A DNA stretch of 64,000 nucleotides from Acidimicrobiales bacterium (GCA_963663255.1 OY760141.1:1823584-1887583), one strand, 5' to 3'. Shown: positions 1 to 10,083, counted from the stretch's first letter. The notes: a model not told the origin generated them from the sequence alone. Numbers and translations: made by a program.

Positions 1-97
1 ACAGGGCAGCCATCGTCTTCATCTTCTCGGCGTCTACCGCTTCGATGACCAGACGGGGAAGCTCGTCTCCCACTGATGGAGTTGGGATCGTACTCAC
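1..97 (-). CDS. MaoC-family dehydratase, N-terminal part (runs off window edge)
   Basis: Manual translation from GTG at 97: MSTIPTPSVGDELPRLVIEAVDAEKMKTMAAL; start overlaps the upstream TAG (TAGTG); VGDELP is typical of MaoC N-termini. Confidence 0.65.
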   Translation of the reverse strand, partial: MSTIPTPSVGDELPRLVIEAVDAEKMKTMAAL

Positions 98-552
98 TAG
101 GGCCTCCTGGGAAAGATGAAGGAGTTGGAAACCACGGACGACACTTCGCCATCGGGGGCGACGACTTCGAGTTGGAAGGCCACGATGTCAAAAGTTCCCG
201 TGCGTTCACCTTGCTTGCGGACTGCGCTGGTGATCTCTCCCCGCACGGTGTAAGTGGCACCGATCTCCAAGGGGCGCAGTTGCTGGATGTCGCATTCGCC
301 GAACATCGGCCCGTCGTCGGCCGACGCGTAGCAAAGGGTGAACATCTCGTCGATGGAGATGCCCAAACCGGCCATGGCCGCGTAGTAGCAGAACATGGGA
401 TGGGCGATGCCGTCGGTTCGCTGCGGTGCCCCGATGACATCGTTGGTCAGCCAAACCCGCCAAGGTTCCGTGTCGTAGGTTCCGCCTGGGAACTGCCTTC
501 CCACCAGGGATTCCAGTTCCTCGATTGTCGGAGATTGTGTCGCCGAAGTCAT
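97..552 (-). CDS. Hotdog-fold / MaoC-like dehydratase subunit
   Basis: 151 aa; PMFGECDIQQLRPLEIG and beta-strand pattern of hotdog dehydratases; adjacent to MaoC partner. Confidence 0.6.
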   Translation of the reverse strand: MTSATQSPTIEELESLVGRQFPGGTYDTEPWRVWLTNDVIGAPQRTDGIAHPMFCYYAAMAGLGISIDEMFTLCYASADDGPMFGECDIQQLRPLEIGATYTVRGEITSAVRKQGERTGTFDIVAFQLEVVAPDGEVSSVVSNSFIFPRRP

Positions 553-556
553 CTCA

Positions 557-1639
557 TCACCACCGGCAGGATTCGGGGATGGCCGGATGATCGGGGGCGG
601 GGTACTTGCGATGCAGGGGCTGCACCACCTCCTCGCCGAAGCGCTGGATCTGCTCTCGGGTGGCCTCGAAAGAGGGCCCGGTAACCATGCGGAACTGCAC
701 GGTGAAATACTGCACGCCCAGTTCCTCGTAATACTGCTCCAACCGCTCCCGGCACTGAGCGGGGGAGCCCACCACGATGTGCTCCCGAGCCGATTCGGTG
801 GTGATCTTCTCCGGAGAGTCGAACTCGGGATGGTGGGCCAAGATGCCCTGCTCGCAATAGAAGCGCATCTCCGGCACGTAGTGGGCGCCGTACTGCTCAG
901 CCGCCTGCTCGAAGGTGTCGGCCACCCATGCCTTGCGCATCAAAACGACGAATGGCTCCTTGCCGTGCTCGATGGCTTTGGTCCGGTAGGCACCGGCTTG
1001 GCGATCCCAAGTCTCCTTTTGGATGGGGAAGTCGTCGCAGGTCCATGATTCGGCGTAGACCCCGCACCGCTCGATGGCCGCGGGCAGCTGGCCGCCGCCC
1101 CAGAATGGGAACCGGGGTTGCTGGTAGGAGTTGGGGGAGAGCAATCCGTCGTTCACCTGGTAGAAGTCGCCGTCCCAGCTGAAGCGTTCGCCCTTGGATT
1201 GCAGGGCTTTTTCGATAATGGCCACGTTCTCCAGATATCGGCCCAGCATCCGCTCGGGGGGAACCCCGAACTGGCCCCAGTAGCCGGCATGGAAGCCGCG
1301 ACCCCAGGTCATGTACAGCCGTCCCCTGGAGATGTTGTCGATGATGGCGCACTGCTCGGCCACTTCCATGGGGTGGTAGAGGGTGTTGACCAGGCAGTAG
1401 GAGCCGATGGCCACCCGGCTGGTCTCTCGGGCCAGGATCATCAGCAGGTTCAACGGCGAGCCGAAGTACGACTCGGTGCGGCCATGGCGGTCGGGCACCT
1501 GGATGGAGTGGAAGCCGGACTGCTCAGCCAGGATGCCCTCTTCGATCATGGCATCGAGGGCATCGGCCGCGTTGTCGGGCTCGGGCAGGGGTTGGTCGTA
1601 GTACCCGTGGTTGGTGTCGATCAGATAGCCGATGCGCAA
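557..1639 (-). CDS. LLM-class flavin-dependent oxidoreductase (luciferase-like)
   Basis: AEQSGFHSI..PDRH, HPMEVAEQCAIIDNISRGRL, VGSPAQC; start trimmed to TTG (LRIGYLID). Confidence 0.85.
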   Translation of the reverse strand: MRIGYLIDTNHGYYDQPLPEPDNAADALDAMIEEGILAEQSGFHSIQVPDRHGRTESYFGSPLNLLMILARETSRVAIGSYCLVNTLYHPMEVAEQCAIIDNISRGRLYMTWGRGFHAGYWGQFGVPPERMLGRYLENVAIIEKALQSKGERFSWDGDFYQVNDGLLSPNSYQQPRFPFWGGGQLPAAIERCGVYAESWTCDDFPIQKETWDRQAGAYRTKAIEHGKEPFVVLMRKAWVADTFEQAAEQYGAHYVPEMRFYCEQGILAHHPEFDSPEKITTESAREHIVVGSPAQCRERLEQYYEELGVQYFTVQFRMVTGPSFEATREQIQRFGEEVVQPLHRKYPAPDHPAIPESCRW

Positions 1640-1751
1640 GGTGGACTCGCTTTCTGGGATCGGGAAGTCTATTGGCGTAGAAGCTAGTAGCCGCCGCTGG
1701 GTAGGCGTACGCTGAGCCGCCGGGAACCAGAATCGGGCAGAGGAGCGCACT

Positions 1752-2519
1752 GTGGCCATTCACACAGAGATCGATGAGCAGGGCATCGCGGTTGTCACTA
1801 TGGACAATCCGCCGGTCAATGCCCTGAACATCGCCGACACCTATCGGCTGGCCGAGATCTTCCGGAGCTACAAGCACGACTCAAACGTGCGGGTCGCCAT
1901 CCTCACCGCAGTGGGCCGGGGATTCAACGCCGGGGTGGACATCAAGGAGATGCAGGCCATGGAGGGGTTCGAAGGGGTGTTGGGCACCGGAGACGCCTGC
2001 TATGAGGCCTTCGGGGCGGTTTACGACTGCGCTGTGCCGGTGATCGCGGCCGTTCAAGACTTTTGCTTGGGGCTGGGCATCGGCCTGGCCGGGAACTGCG
2101 ACTTGGTGGTGGCCGCCGAGGGGGTCAAGTTCTCCATGCCCGAGGTGGACAACGGTGCCCTAGGGGCTGCCACCCACACCGCCCGGTTGGTGCCGGAAAA
2201 GGTCATGCGCTGGATGATGTACAGCTGTGAGCCGGTTGCGGCCGAGGATCTGCACCGGTGGGGGACTGTGCTCAGCGTGGTGCCCGGAGACCAGCTCATG
2301 GACGAGGCTCGCCGGATTGCTGGGGTGATCGCGGCCAAGCCCCCCGGAGTGGTCCGCAAGGCCAAGTGGTCGATTAACGGGATCGACCCGGTGGACGTGC
2401 ACCGCAGCTACCGCTTTGAGCAGGGGTTCACCTATGAACTGAATCTCATGGGAGAGGGCGAGAAGGCCCGGGAAGCGTTTGTTCGAGGCGAACGCGAATC
2501 CAACAAGGCCGCCCAGTAG
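1752..2519 (+). CDS. Enoyl-CoA hydratase/isomerase
   Basis: PPVNAL, FNAGVDIKE, PVIAAVQ, CDLVVA, FSMPEV crotonase motifs. Confidence 0.92.
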   Translation: MAIHTEIDEQGIAVVTMDNPPVNALNIADTYRLAEIFRSYKHDSNVRVAILTAVGRGFNAGVDIKEMQAMEGFEGVLGTGDACYEAFGAVYDCAVPVIAAVQDFCLGLGIGLAGNCDLVVAAEGVKFSMPEVDNGALGAATHTARLVPEKVMRWMMYSCEPVAAEDLHRWGTVLSVVPGDQLMDEARRIAGVIAAKPPGVVRKAKWSINGIDPVDVHRSYRFEQGFTYELNLMGEGEKAREAFVRGERESNKAAQ

Positions 2520-2527
2520 GTCCTGCT

Positions 2528-3397
2528 TCAGCTACGCAGTCGACCCGGGTCGATGTCGGCGGGCTGCCAGCCGGCGAGAAGCTCCGAGCCGTCAAGAGTG
2601 TGGACGGAGCGGTTGAGCTCGCGGATCAGCGATAGGGAGTATGTGATCCTGCCGGTGAGCTCCTGGGGTTTGGCGGTGCACAGGGCCAAGATGGCCTCGC
2701 ACATGGTCTCCATGGGCTCAAGGCTCTCGGGCGGCAAGTTCACGTAGTCACCGGCACCGGGGGTCATCACCGCCGCTTCTGGCGACACCGCGTTGACGGT
2801 GATGTTGTCATCCCAGGTCTCCGCGGCCAACCCGGTGGTCCAGCGGTTGAGGGCTGCTTTGGTCGACCCGTACAGGCATCCGGTCATCGTCGGACCGCTG
2901 GCCCGATTGGGCGGCAGATCGGGAGACTCGGCCACGCCTGAGGAGATGTTCACGATGGCGCCCTGCCCGAGTTCCCGCATACCCGGCAGTACCAGGCGGG
3001 CCAAGTCCCACGGAGCCCACACATTCAGCTCGTAGGCGATGCGCCACCGTTTCTCGGTCAACTCCGTAAACGGCTGGTAGAAGGCTCGGGCGGCGTTGTT
3101 GACCAGGATGTCGATCTTGCCACCCAGCTCCTCCTCGGCTTGGGCCACGATCTCGGCTCGGTCCAGTGAAGGATCGGACAGGTCGGCGGGGATACCAACC
3201 GCCTGACCCCCGCCTGACCGAATGGCCGCCACCAGCTGCTCCAGCGACCCGGGCAGGCGATGGTCGCCATCAGCCCGAGTGCGGGCCACCGCAGCCACCG
3301 CTGCTCCTTCGGCGGCCAGCCTCAGCGCTGTCCCCTCGCCGATGCCCCGACTCGCTCCGGTGACGAGAGCCACCCTTCCTTCACACGATCTGCCCAT
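2528..3397 (-). CDS. SDR family oxidoreductase
   Basis: TGASRGIG, NNA, YGSTK. Confidence 0.92.
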   Translation of the reverse strand: MGRSCEGRVALVTGASRGIGEGTALRLAAEGAAVAAVARTRADGDHRLPGSLEQLVAAIRSGGGQAVGIPADLSDPSLDRAEIVAQAEEELGGKIDILVNNAARAFYQPFTELTEKRWRIAYELNVWAPWDLARLVLPGMRELGQGAIVNISSGVAESPDLPPNRASGPTMTGCLYGSTKAALNRWTTGLAAETWDDNITVNAVSPEAAVMTPGAGDYVNLPPESLEPMETMCEAILALCTAKPQELTGRITYSLSLIRELNRSVHTLDGSELLAGWQPADIDPGRLRS

Positions 3398-3431
3398 GCC
3401 GCCAAACTAACGGCCTCGTCACTACTGTCAT

Positions 3432-4955
3432 ATGCCAGTGCAAGCTGGCAAGCCGTTTGACACGGTCATCGTGGGTGGGGGCTCGGCGGGGTCGGTCCTG
3501 GCTGCCCGGCTGTCGGAGGATCCCGCCCGACAAGTGTTGCTCGTAGAGGCCGGTCCCGACCACGGCACGCAGCTGCCCGCAGAACTGGCCGATATCACGG
3601 TGTCCTCGCATCCCCGACACGACTGGGGTGACGATGTGAGGCTGCCCGGGGGGCGGACACAGCCCTATCCCCGGGGGCGGGTGCTCGGAGGCAGCTCCGC
3701 CGTAAACGGCGGCATCGCGGTGAGGGCCATGCCGGCAGACTTCGACGCCTGGGGCTTTGAAGAATGGCGCTGGGAAGCGGTTCTGAGCAGCTTCCGGCGG
3801 CTGGAGTCCGATCCCGACGGTGAAGATCAATGGCATGGCCGAGACGGCCCGCTGCCCATCGTCCGAACGCCTGAGGCGGAGCTCAACCCGGTGCATGCCG
3901 TGTTCTATGAGGCTTGCCAGAGCGCCGGCCACCGCTACATCGACGACCACAATGCCCCGGACTCCTTCGGTGTCGGATCGCTTCCCCGCAACCGCCGTGG
4001 TCTCCAGCGGGTGTCGACTGCCGACGCCTACCTGACCCCTGAGGTGCGAGGTCGCCCGAACCTGGAGGTGCGAGGCGATTGCCTGGCAGTGGCGCTGTGC
4101 TGGAGCGGCAGCCGGGTTAGTGGAGTGAACACGGTGGTCGATGGCCAGCCGGAGACAATCCCCGCTGAGGAGGTGATAGTGGCCGCGGGCGTGATCCAGT
4201 CGCCGATGTTGCTGTGGCGCTCCGGTATCGGCCCGGCATCGGAGCTGGCCGGTTTGGGCGTCCCCGTTGTCGTCGACCGCCCGGGCGTGGGGGCCAACTT
4301 CTCCGATCACCCGGCTGTCTACCTGTTCGCGGCACCCAAATCGCAGATGGTGTCTCCCGAAGATGTGACCATTCAGACCCTGCTGCGGTTCACCAGCTCG
4401 ACGGGCCCCGCCAACGACCTTCAGCTCTTCCCAGTGGGGATGATCGACCTTTCGGCCAACTCTCGGCGACAAGCCGAGGCTGGAGGTCTAGACACTGTTT
4501 TCGCCTTCAACGCTGCCCTCCAACGGGTGGAGATCCGGGGATCGGTCCGGCCGGTGTCCACCGACCCGGTAGACCCTCCGGTCATCACCTATCCATTCTT
4601 GGCCCACAAACCCGATCTCGAGCGTCTGGTTGAGGCCTTCGAGCTGGGATTGGAGCTGCTGTATTCGCCCTCATACCAGAAGGTGGCTGAGGGCCCGATC
4701 TTCCTACCTGAGAGACTCGCCCGCGAGGACTTGCTGGCCCATGTGTTCGCCAACCATGTGGCCTTCTACCACGGAGCGGGTACTTGCGCGATGGGCCCGG
4801 CCGATGACCCGTCCGCGGTGGTTGGGCCCCGCGGTCAGGTTTGGGGAACTGAGGGGCTGCGGGTTTGCGACGCCTCGATCATGCCGGAGACCCCGAGGGC
4901 GAACACCAACCTGAACGTCATCGCCGTGGCTGAGCGGATGGCCGAGCTGATCTAG
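3432..4955 (+). CDS. GMC family oxidoreductase (choline dehydrogenase-like)
   Basis: GGGSAG, RGRVLGGSSAVNG, YHGAGTC, GLRVCDASIMP, NTN. Confidence 0.92.
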   Translation: MPVQAGKPFDTVIVGGGSAGSVLAARLSEDPARQVLLVEAGPDHGTQLPAELADITVSSHPRHDWGDDVRLPGGRTQPYPRGRVLGGSSAVNGGIAVRAMPADFDAWGFEEWRWEAVLSSFRRLESDPDGEDQWHGRDGPLPIVRTPEAELNPVHAVFYEACQSAGHRYIDDHNAPDSFGVGSLPRNRRGLQRVSTADAYLTPEVRGRPNLEVRGDCLAVALCWSGSRVSGVNTVVDGQPETIPAEEVIVAAGVIQSPMLLWRSGIGPASELAGLGVPVVVDRPGVGANFSDHPAVYLFAAPKSQMVSPEDVTIQTLLRFTSSTGPANDLQLFPVGMIDLSANSRRQAEAGGLDTVFAFNAALQRVEIRGSVRPVSTDPVDPPVITYPFLAHKPDLERLVEAFELGLELLYSPSYQKVAEGPIFLPERLAREDLLAHVFANHVAFYHGAGTCAMGPADDPSAVVGPRGQVWGTEGLRVCDASIMPETPRANTNLNVIAVAERMAELI

Positions 4956-5032
4956 GCGGCGTGGCCGAGCGGATGGCCGAGGCAGATCTAGGCGGCGTGG
5001 CCGAGCGGATGGCCGAGGCAGATCTAGGCGGC
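4926..5032. repeat. Three tandem 35/36-nt copies spanning the GMC and ald stop codons
   Basis: gtggctgagcggatggccgagctgatctaggcggc (4926-4960), then two identical gtggccgagcggatggccgaggcagatctaggcggc (4961-4996, 4997-5032). Confidence 0.95.
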
Positions 5033-6157
5033 GTGCTGGGTCTGGCCCAGCACCTCCTCGGGAGAGGTATAGCTGAGGTCAAGCGACTCAGCTACGGCCG
5101 GCTCGGTGATCTGCCCGCGGCAGACCGACAGGCCAGCCCGCAATCCGGCATCAGATCGCATGGCCTCTGTGGGACCCAGATCGGCCAGCTTCACCATGTA
5201 GGGGAGCGTGGCGTTCTCTAGGGCAAACGTCGATGTCCGGGGAACTGCGCCGGGCATGTTGGCCACGCAGTAGTGGACCACGTCGTAAGCCAGATAGGTG
5301 GGGTTGGCGTGAGTGGTTGGCCGAGACGTCTCAATGCAACCGCCTTGGTCGATGGCGACGTCGACGACGGCTGATCGAGGCCGCATCATCTTGATCATCT
5401 CGGTGGTGACCAGGCGGGGAGCTCGTGCCCCCCGGATGAGGACCGCTCCGATCACCAAGTCGGCGCCAAGAACCGCCTCTTCCAGTGCGCCGCCGCTGGA
5501 GTGCAGGGTGTGCAACGCCGAGCCGTATCGCGAGCTCAGGCCCTCCAGCACATCGACGTCCCGGTCTATCACCGTTACGTCAGCGCCGAGGCCGACAGCC
5601 ATCTGCACTGCGTTGCGCCCGACGACGCCTCCGCCGAGGATCACCACCTTGGCTGGAGCCACGCCGGGGACACCGCCAAGAAGGACGCCACGTCCGCCTT
5701 GCGAAGATTCCAAGCAGTGGGCCCCAGCCTGAATTGACATACGACCGGCCACTTGCGACATGGGAGCCAGCAAGGGCAAACCTCCATTGGGCCCTACCAC
5801 CGATTCGTAGGCGATGGCCGTGACTCCCCGTTCGGCCAATTCCGCGGTCTGAACTGCGTCTGCGGCTAGATGCAGGTACGTGAAGATCACTTGGTCGTCT
5901 CTGAGGCAGGCCCGCTCCTCGGCCTGTGGTTCTTTGACCTTCACGATCATTTCAGCCTGGTCGAACACCATTTCGGCAGAATCGGCAATGCACGCGCCGT
6001 GGGCCACATACTCCTCGTCGGTGAAACCCGCCCCTGCGCCGCACCCGAGCTCCACGATCACCTGATGGCCGCGGCCTACCAGTTCGGTGGCGCCGCCAGG
6101 CGTCAATGCCACTCGACGCTCTTCGCTCTTTATTTCCTTCGGAACTCCAATTCGCAT
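5024..6157 (-). CDS. ald: Alanine dehydrogenase
   Basis: [59 protein letters not shown]. Confidence 0.97.
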   Translation of the reverse strand: MRIGVPKEIKSEERRVALTPGGATELVGRGHQVIVELGCGAGAGFTDEEYVAHGACIADSAEMVFDQAEMIVKVKEPQAEERACLRDDQVIFTYLHLAADAVQTAELAERGVTAIAYESVVGPNGGLPLLAPMSQVAGRMSIQAGAHCLESSQGGRGVLLGGVPGVAPAKVVILGGGVVGRNAVQMAVGLGADVTVIDRDVDVLEGLSSRYGSALHTLHSSGGALEEAVLGADLVIGAVLIRGARAPRLVTTEMIKMMRPRSAVVDVAIDQGGCIETSRPTTHANPTYLAYDVVHYCVANMPGAVPRTSTFALENATLPYMVKLADLGPTEAMRSDAGLRAGLSVCRGQITEPAVAESLDLSYTSPEEVLGQTQHAA

Positions 6158-6190
6158 CTCATGCCTCCGCCGCAATCCGATGACGATAAT

Positions 6191-6284
6191 GAAATTATAT
6201 CCGCGCTATAGGTGAATATATCTTGAAACTTTGCTGCAATATGGCTCAAGAGTGGATGAATTCTTCGTATTTTGATGTATTATC
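6191..6284. promoter_or_regulatory. Putative AldR/Lrp operator sites in the AT-rich ald-aldR intergenic region
   Basis: GAAATTATATC (6191), GTGAATATATC (6212), GATGTATTATC (6274) fit the mycobacterial AldR pattern GA/T-N2-WWW-N2-A/TC; offsets 21 and 62 bp are roughly in helical phase. Confidence 0.6.
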
Positions 6285-6340
6285 GAATAAGTTGCATTTA
6301 GTCGACTATTTGATGATTTTGACGGTGTCAAGGAGGAGTC

Positions 6341-6808
6341 ATGCCTGTCTTGGACTTGGATTCCATCGACCGATCCATTCTCAACGAGCTTCAAGGCGAT
6401 GCCCGTATCTCCAATGCCGAGTTGGCCGACCGCGTGGGGTTGTCACCCTCGGCCTGCTATCGCCGGGTCCGTCGTCTGGAGGCCGACGGGGTGATCGCCG
6501 GCTACGTGATGATCGTTGATCCCCAAGCCATCAATCGCTCTCTCGATGTATTCGTCGAGATCTCGCTGGTGAGCCAGAGCGAGGCATCCCTGCGCCAGTT
6601 CGAAAAAGAGGTGGTGGAGTGCCCGGAGGTGATGTCGTGCCATTTGATGGCCGGCGACGCCGACTATCTGCTGCACCTCGCTGTTGCTGACCAGCGCGAC
6701 TTCGAGAGGATCCACAATCAGTACTTGTCGCGATTCAGCGGAATGGGCCGCCTTAGGTCGAGCTTTGCCATCCGCTCTGTATGGGAGACCACCCGCCACG
6801 AGCTTTAG
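6341..6808 (+). CDS. aldR: Lrp/AsnC family regulator (AldR-like), divergent from ald
   Basis: LDSIDRSILNELQGDARISNAELADRVGLSPSACYRRVRRLE; GGAGGAG SD. Confidence 0.88.
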   Translation: MPVLDLDSIDRSILNELQGDARISNAELADRVGLSPSACYRRVRRLEADGVIAGYVMIVDPQAINRSLDVFVEISLVSQSEASLRQFEKEVVECPEVMSCHLMAGDADYLLHLAVADQRDFERIHNQYLSRFSGMGRLRSSFAIRSVWETTRHEL

Positions 6809-6811
6809 AGT

Positions 6812-7801
6812 TTGAGCATGACCGCGGCCGCCCAACACGCCTACGACAGCTACGAAGCCTTGGTGGAGGACTATTTCGAGAAGGGATGGACCGACGGGTT
6901 GCCCATCATGCCCCCCACTCCCGAAAAGGTGGCCGCGTTCTTGGAGCGTTCCGGGCTCTCCGGGGGTGAGGTGCTGGGCACGGTTCCCACCCGGGAGGTG
7001 ACCTGCACTGCGGAGCAGGCCGCGGCCAACGCGGTCATGGCCGGCTGCCTGCCGGAGTACTTTCCCGCGGTTGTGGCCGCGGTGCGGGCCCACCTACACC
7101 CCAAGGGCAATTGCCACTCCACCACCGGCACGCTCTCGGGCGCGGCCCAGGCGGTGATCATCAACGGGCCCGTTCGCAATGATCTGGGTGTGGCCTCGGC
7201 CGCGGGCTGCTTCGGACCCGGATTTCGGGCCAATGCCACCATCGGTCGGGCGCTTCGCCTGGTTATCCGCAACGTGTGCCGGGGCATCCCCGGGTTCTTG
7301 GACCGAGCCAGCTATTCCACGCCGGCCCGCTACACCTTTTGCTTCGGCGAGAACGAGGAGGCCTCCGACTGGGAGCCGCTCCACGTCCAGCGGGGACTGG
7401 ATGCTGAGCAGAGCGCAGTGACCGTCCACTCACTCATGAAGATGGTCGAGGCCACCGACTTCACCAGCCGCTCCGCCGAGGGAGTGTGCGACACGCTGGT
7501 GACGAATATCCGGGCCAACGGCATTGCCGGGGACTCGTGGCTGGGCGAGGACGGCAACGTGGTGATCGTGATCGGCCATGAGCACCATCGCTTCTTCATC
7601 GAGGAGGGCTGGTCGAAAACCGATATCCAGCAGCATCTGTGGCCCCGGCTCAATGCGCCCGCCACCAGCGCCACCGACCGCATGGCCCGCATCGGCAAGC
7701 CCGAGGGCATCCTGATCGTGGCCGCCGGAGGAGCTGGCATGGGAGCCAGCTGGCTATTGCTACCCCACCTAGCCCTAGCCATAACCGAGCCAATCTCCTA
7801 G
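6812..7801 (+). CDS. Conserved hypothetical protein, partner of UGSC (seleno)protein
   Basis: GWTDGLPIMPPT, AANAVMAGC, FGPGFRANATIGRAL, FCFGENEE motifs of a family I recall adjacent to UGSC genes. Confidence 0.7.
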   Translation: MSMTAAAQHAYDSYEALVEDYFEKGWTDGLPIMPPTPEKVAAFLERSGLSGGEVLGTVPTREVTCTAEQAAANAVMAGCLPEYFPAVVAAVRAHLHPKGNCHSTTGTLSGAAQAVIINGPVRNDLGVASAAGCFGPGFRANATIGRALRLVIRNVCRGIPGFLDRASYSTPARYTFCFGENEEASDWEPLHVQRGLDAEQSAVTVHSLMKMVEATDFTSRSAEGVCDTLVTNIRANGIAGDSWLGEDGNVVIVIGHEHHRFFIEEGWSKTDIQQHLWPRLNAPATSATDRMARIGKPEGILIVAAGGAGMGASWLLLPHLALAITEPIS

Positions 7802-7828
7802 CGCGCGCCAATAGGCTAATCTGAGAAT

Positions 7829-8377
7829 ATGACAGCTCTCATTGGCCTCGACCCCACGTCCGGCCCATTTGATCGCACCGACGACCACGATTTCTCTCCC
7901 CGTCCGGCCAGCTTGGACGGGGCGGTGGTCGCCCTGGTGGCCAACGGCCTCGGCGAAGGGGAGATCTTCTTGGATGCCCTCTATGACGAGTTGGCCAAGC
8001 TGAGCGATCCGCAAGCCCCGTTGAAGGTGGTGAAGAGCTCAGTGTCGATACCGCCTGATCCGGGGGACTGGAGCCGGTTGACCGAGGAGGCAACCGTCGC
8101 CATCACCGGCTTCGGCGGTTGAGGCAGCTGTAGTGCCCGCAGTTTGCGGGACGCAGTGGAACTGGAGTGGGCAGGCGTTCCCAGCATCGCCATCGTCCAC
8201 GAGGAGATGAGGGGCTCAGCTCAGGCCATCGCCCGGGTGAGCGGATGTGCCGATTACGAGTTTCTCACCGTCGACTATCCATGGGTTCCCATTGCCATCT
8301 GGTCGAAAGAGGAGTGCCTGGAATTAGCCGAGATCATGGCCCCCAAGGTCTTGGCTGCATTAACCGGGCAAAGCTGA
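7829..8377 (+). CDS. UGSC-family selenoprotein (182 aa, Sec at residue 98, UxxC motif)
   Basis: ORFs 7829-8122 and 8144-8377 are in frame; the junction reads ITGFGG-TGA-GSCSARSLRD; SECIS-like hairpin follows. Confidence 0.88.
8128..8156 (+). promoter_or_regulatory. Bacterial SECIS-like hairpin
   Basis: CTGT-A-GT-G-CCCGCA-GTT-TGCGGG-AC-GCAG; apical loop begins with G at 8142, 20 nt after the TGA at 8120-8122. Confidence 0.75.
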
Positions 8378-8380
8378 CCG

Positions 8381-9712
8381 CTACTTCACCGAAGCGGAGT
8401 TGGTTGAAGTAATAGCCAGCGCCCCGAAAACGCCGACCGCGGCAACCCCCGCACCTAGCCAAAATGCGCTGGCAAAGGCCGTGCCCGTGAAATTCTCGCC
8501 GACGGCCAACACCAAGACTTGGACCCCAGCCGCGGTGCCCAGGCTGGTGAGCGTCTGGAACATTCCGGTTGCCGCTCCCAGACGGTCCATCGGAACTGCC
8601 CCCACTACCGATACCTGGTACGCCGGCCCGGCTACGCCCAGTCCTGCCCCGGCCAGCGCTAGGCCCAATACCACCAGCACTACAGCGTGCACCAACGATC
8701 CAGCGGCAAAAGACACCATGGCCAACACCACCAGCACGCTTCCCAAACAAGACGTCCATCGCTCGCCCCGGGTCGCGGTCAGCCGGCCACCCACCGGCGA
8801 GCTGAGGCTGAAAGAGATCAGCCGAACAACCAGAAACACGGTGGCCGCAGTCAGCGTGTACCCGTAGCGCTCCTGCAAGATCTGGGGTGCGAGGATGAAC
8901 CCTCCCATGTAGGCCGCGTTGGCCGTGGCTGAGGCCACCACCGGCCCGGCATAGTTTCGGCGGCGGAACCACTCAAGCGGGACCATCGGGTGAGCCGTGT
9001 GCCGCTCGATAGCCACAAACGTCCAAACGGTTGCCGGCACGAGGGCCAAGAACACCAGCGCCACAGGGTGGTCGAAGCCCAAGGTGGCACCCCGGTCCAG
9101 AGCCACCATCAAGACAACTACCGCAGACACCAAGCTGAGCGCACCCAATACGTCAACTGGCTTGGCCTCGCCGGCTTGGGAAGGACGCACCACTAGGACT
9201 GCGGCGAGTAATCCGATTGCGGCGATGGGGGTATAGACCGCGAATATCGCCCGCCAACCCAACGCGTCCACCAAAGCACCGCCGGTAACCAAGCCGATGG
9301 CCGGACCACCCACGGCCGCAAATTGGAACCAACCCATGGCCCGAGCACGTTGGTTGACCGGGAATGCGGCCATCAGGATGGCCATCCCATTGGGAATCAT
9401 CATGGCTCCCCCCAGCCCTACCAACGCTCGAAAGCCGATGAAGCTCAGGGCATCCCAGGCCAGTCCGCACACTCCGGTAGCTGCCGTGAATACCGCTAGG
9501 CCGAGGATCAGCATCCGCCGGTGGCCCCACAAATCGCCCAAAGTCCCAAATACCGTGGTCCCAGCGGCCAAACCCAGGAATGGGGCGGAGACCGCCCATG
9601 ACAACGTGGCGTTGGTAGTGCCCAGACTCTCCGATATGTCCGACAGAGAGGCCCCGATGATGGTCATGGTGGAGCCGAACACCACCTGACCGGCGAGCAG
9701 GGTTACCAGCAA
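8381..9712 (-). CDS. MFS transporter (DHA2/EmrB-like)
   Basis: Many TM segments, GTLGDLWGHRR motif A; frame stays open to a CTG at 9766 overlapping the cupin stop. Confidence 0.88.
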   Translation of the reverse strand: MLVTLLAGQVVFGSTMTIIGASLSDISESLGTTNATLSWAVSAPFLGLAAGTTVFGTLGDLWGHRRMLILGLAVFTAATGVCGLAWDALSFIGFRALVGLGGAMMIPNGMAILMAAFPVNQRARAMGWFQFAAVGGPAIGLVTGGALVDALGWRAIFAVYTPIAAIGLLAAVLVVRPSQAGEAKPVDVLGALSLVSAVVVLMVALDRGATLGFDHPVALVFLALVPATVWTFVAIERHTAHPMVPLEWFRRRNYAGPVVASATANAAYMGGFILAPQILQERYGYTLTAATVFLVVRLISFSLSSPVGGRLTATRGERWTSCLGSVLVVLAMVSFAAGSLVHAVVLVVLGLALAGAGLGVAGPAYQVSVVGAVPMDRLGAATGMFQTLTSLGTAAGVQVLVLAVGENFTGTAFASAFWLGAGVAAVGVFGALAITSTNSASVK

Positions 9713-9762
9713 CCGCCAGGCGTACGCCGCATCGTGCGGCTGTTGATGAGTTGTTGGAGAGC

Positions 9763-10083
9763 TCAGTCTTTCAGCTCGATCAGAATTTCGTAGTAGGGCT
9801 CGGAGCCGGTATTGACCGCGGCCTCGATGCCGCCCTTAGAGATGTACATAGGCTGGCCAGGGATTACGTCGCCTTCTACCAGGCCGGAGAACTCCCCGGC
9901 CGTGTCCGGCTCGAAGTCTCCCGCGATCTTGTCGCCCGACACTTGAACGAGCACGTAGTCGTGATCGTGACGGTGGAGATCGGACCGCTCGCCGGGATCA
10001 AGGCGCATCTCCCAAATCTTCACCCGATCGTTTTCCATCAACAGTTTGGTGGCCACATCCCCGAATACTCGCTCTTCGCTCAT
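9763..10083 (-). CDS. Cupin domain protein
   Basis: ENDRVKIWEMRLDPGERSDLHRHDHDY, AVNTG. Confidence 0.8.
   Translation of the reverse strand: MSEERVFGDVATKLLMENDRVKIWEMRLDPGERSDLHRHDHDYVLVQVSGDKIAGDFEPDTAGEFSGLVEGDVIPGQPMYISKGGIEAAVNTGSEPYYEILIELKD

Noticed and set aside
3432-4955. Assignment as mycofactocin-system MftG
   Set aside because: Only general GMC motifs are visible and no mft genes are in the window.
4961-5221. 86-aa ORF with [12 protein letters not shown] repeats, or a CRISPR array
   Set aside because: By-product of the junction triplication, antisense to ald; the units have no spacers.
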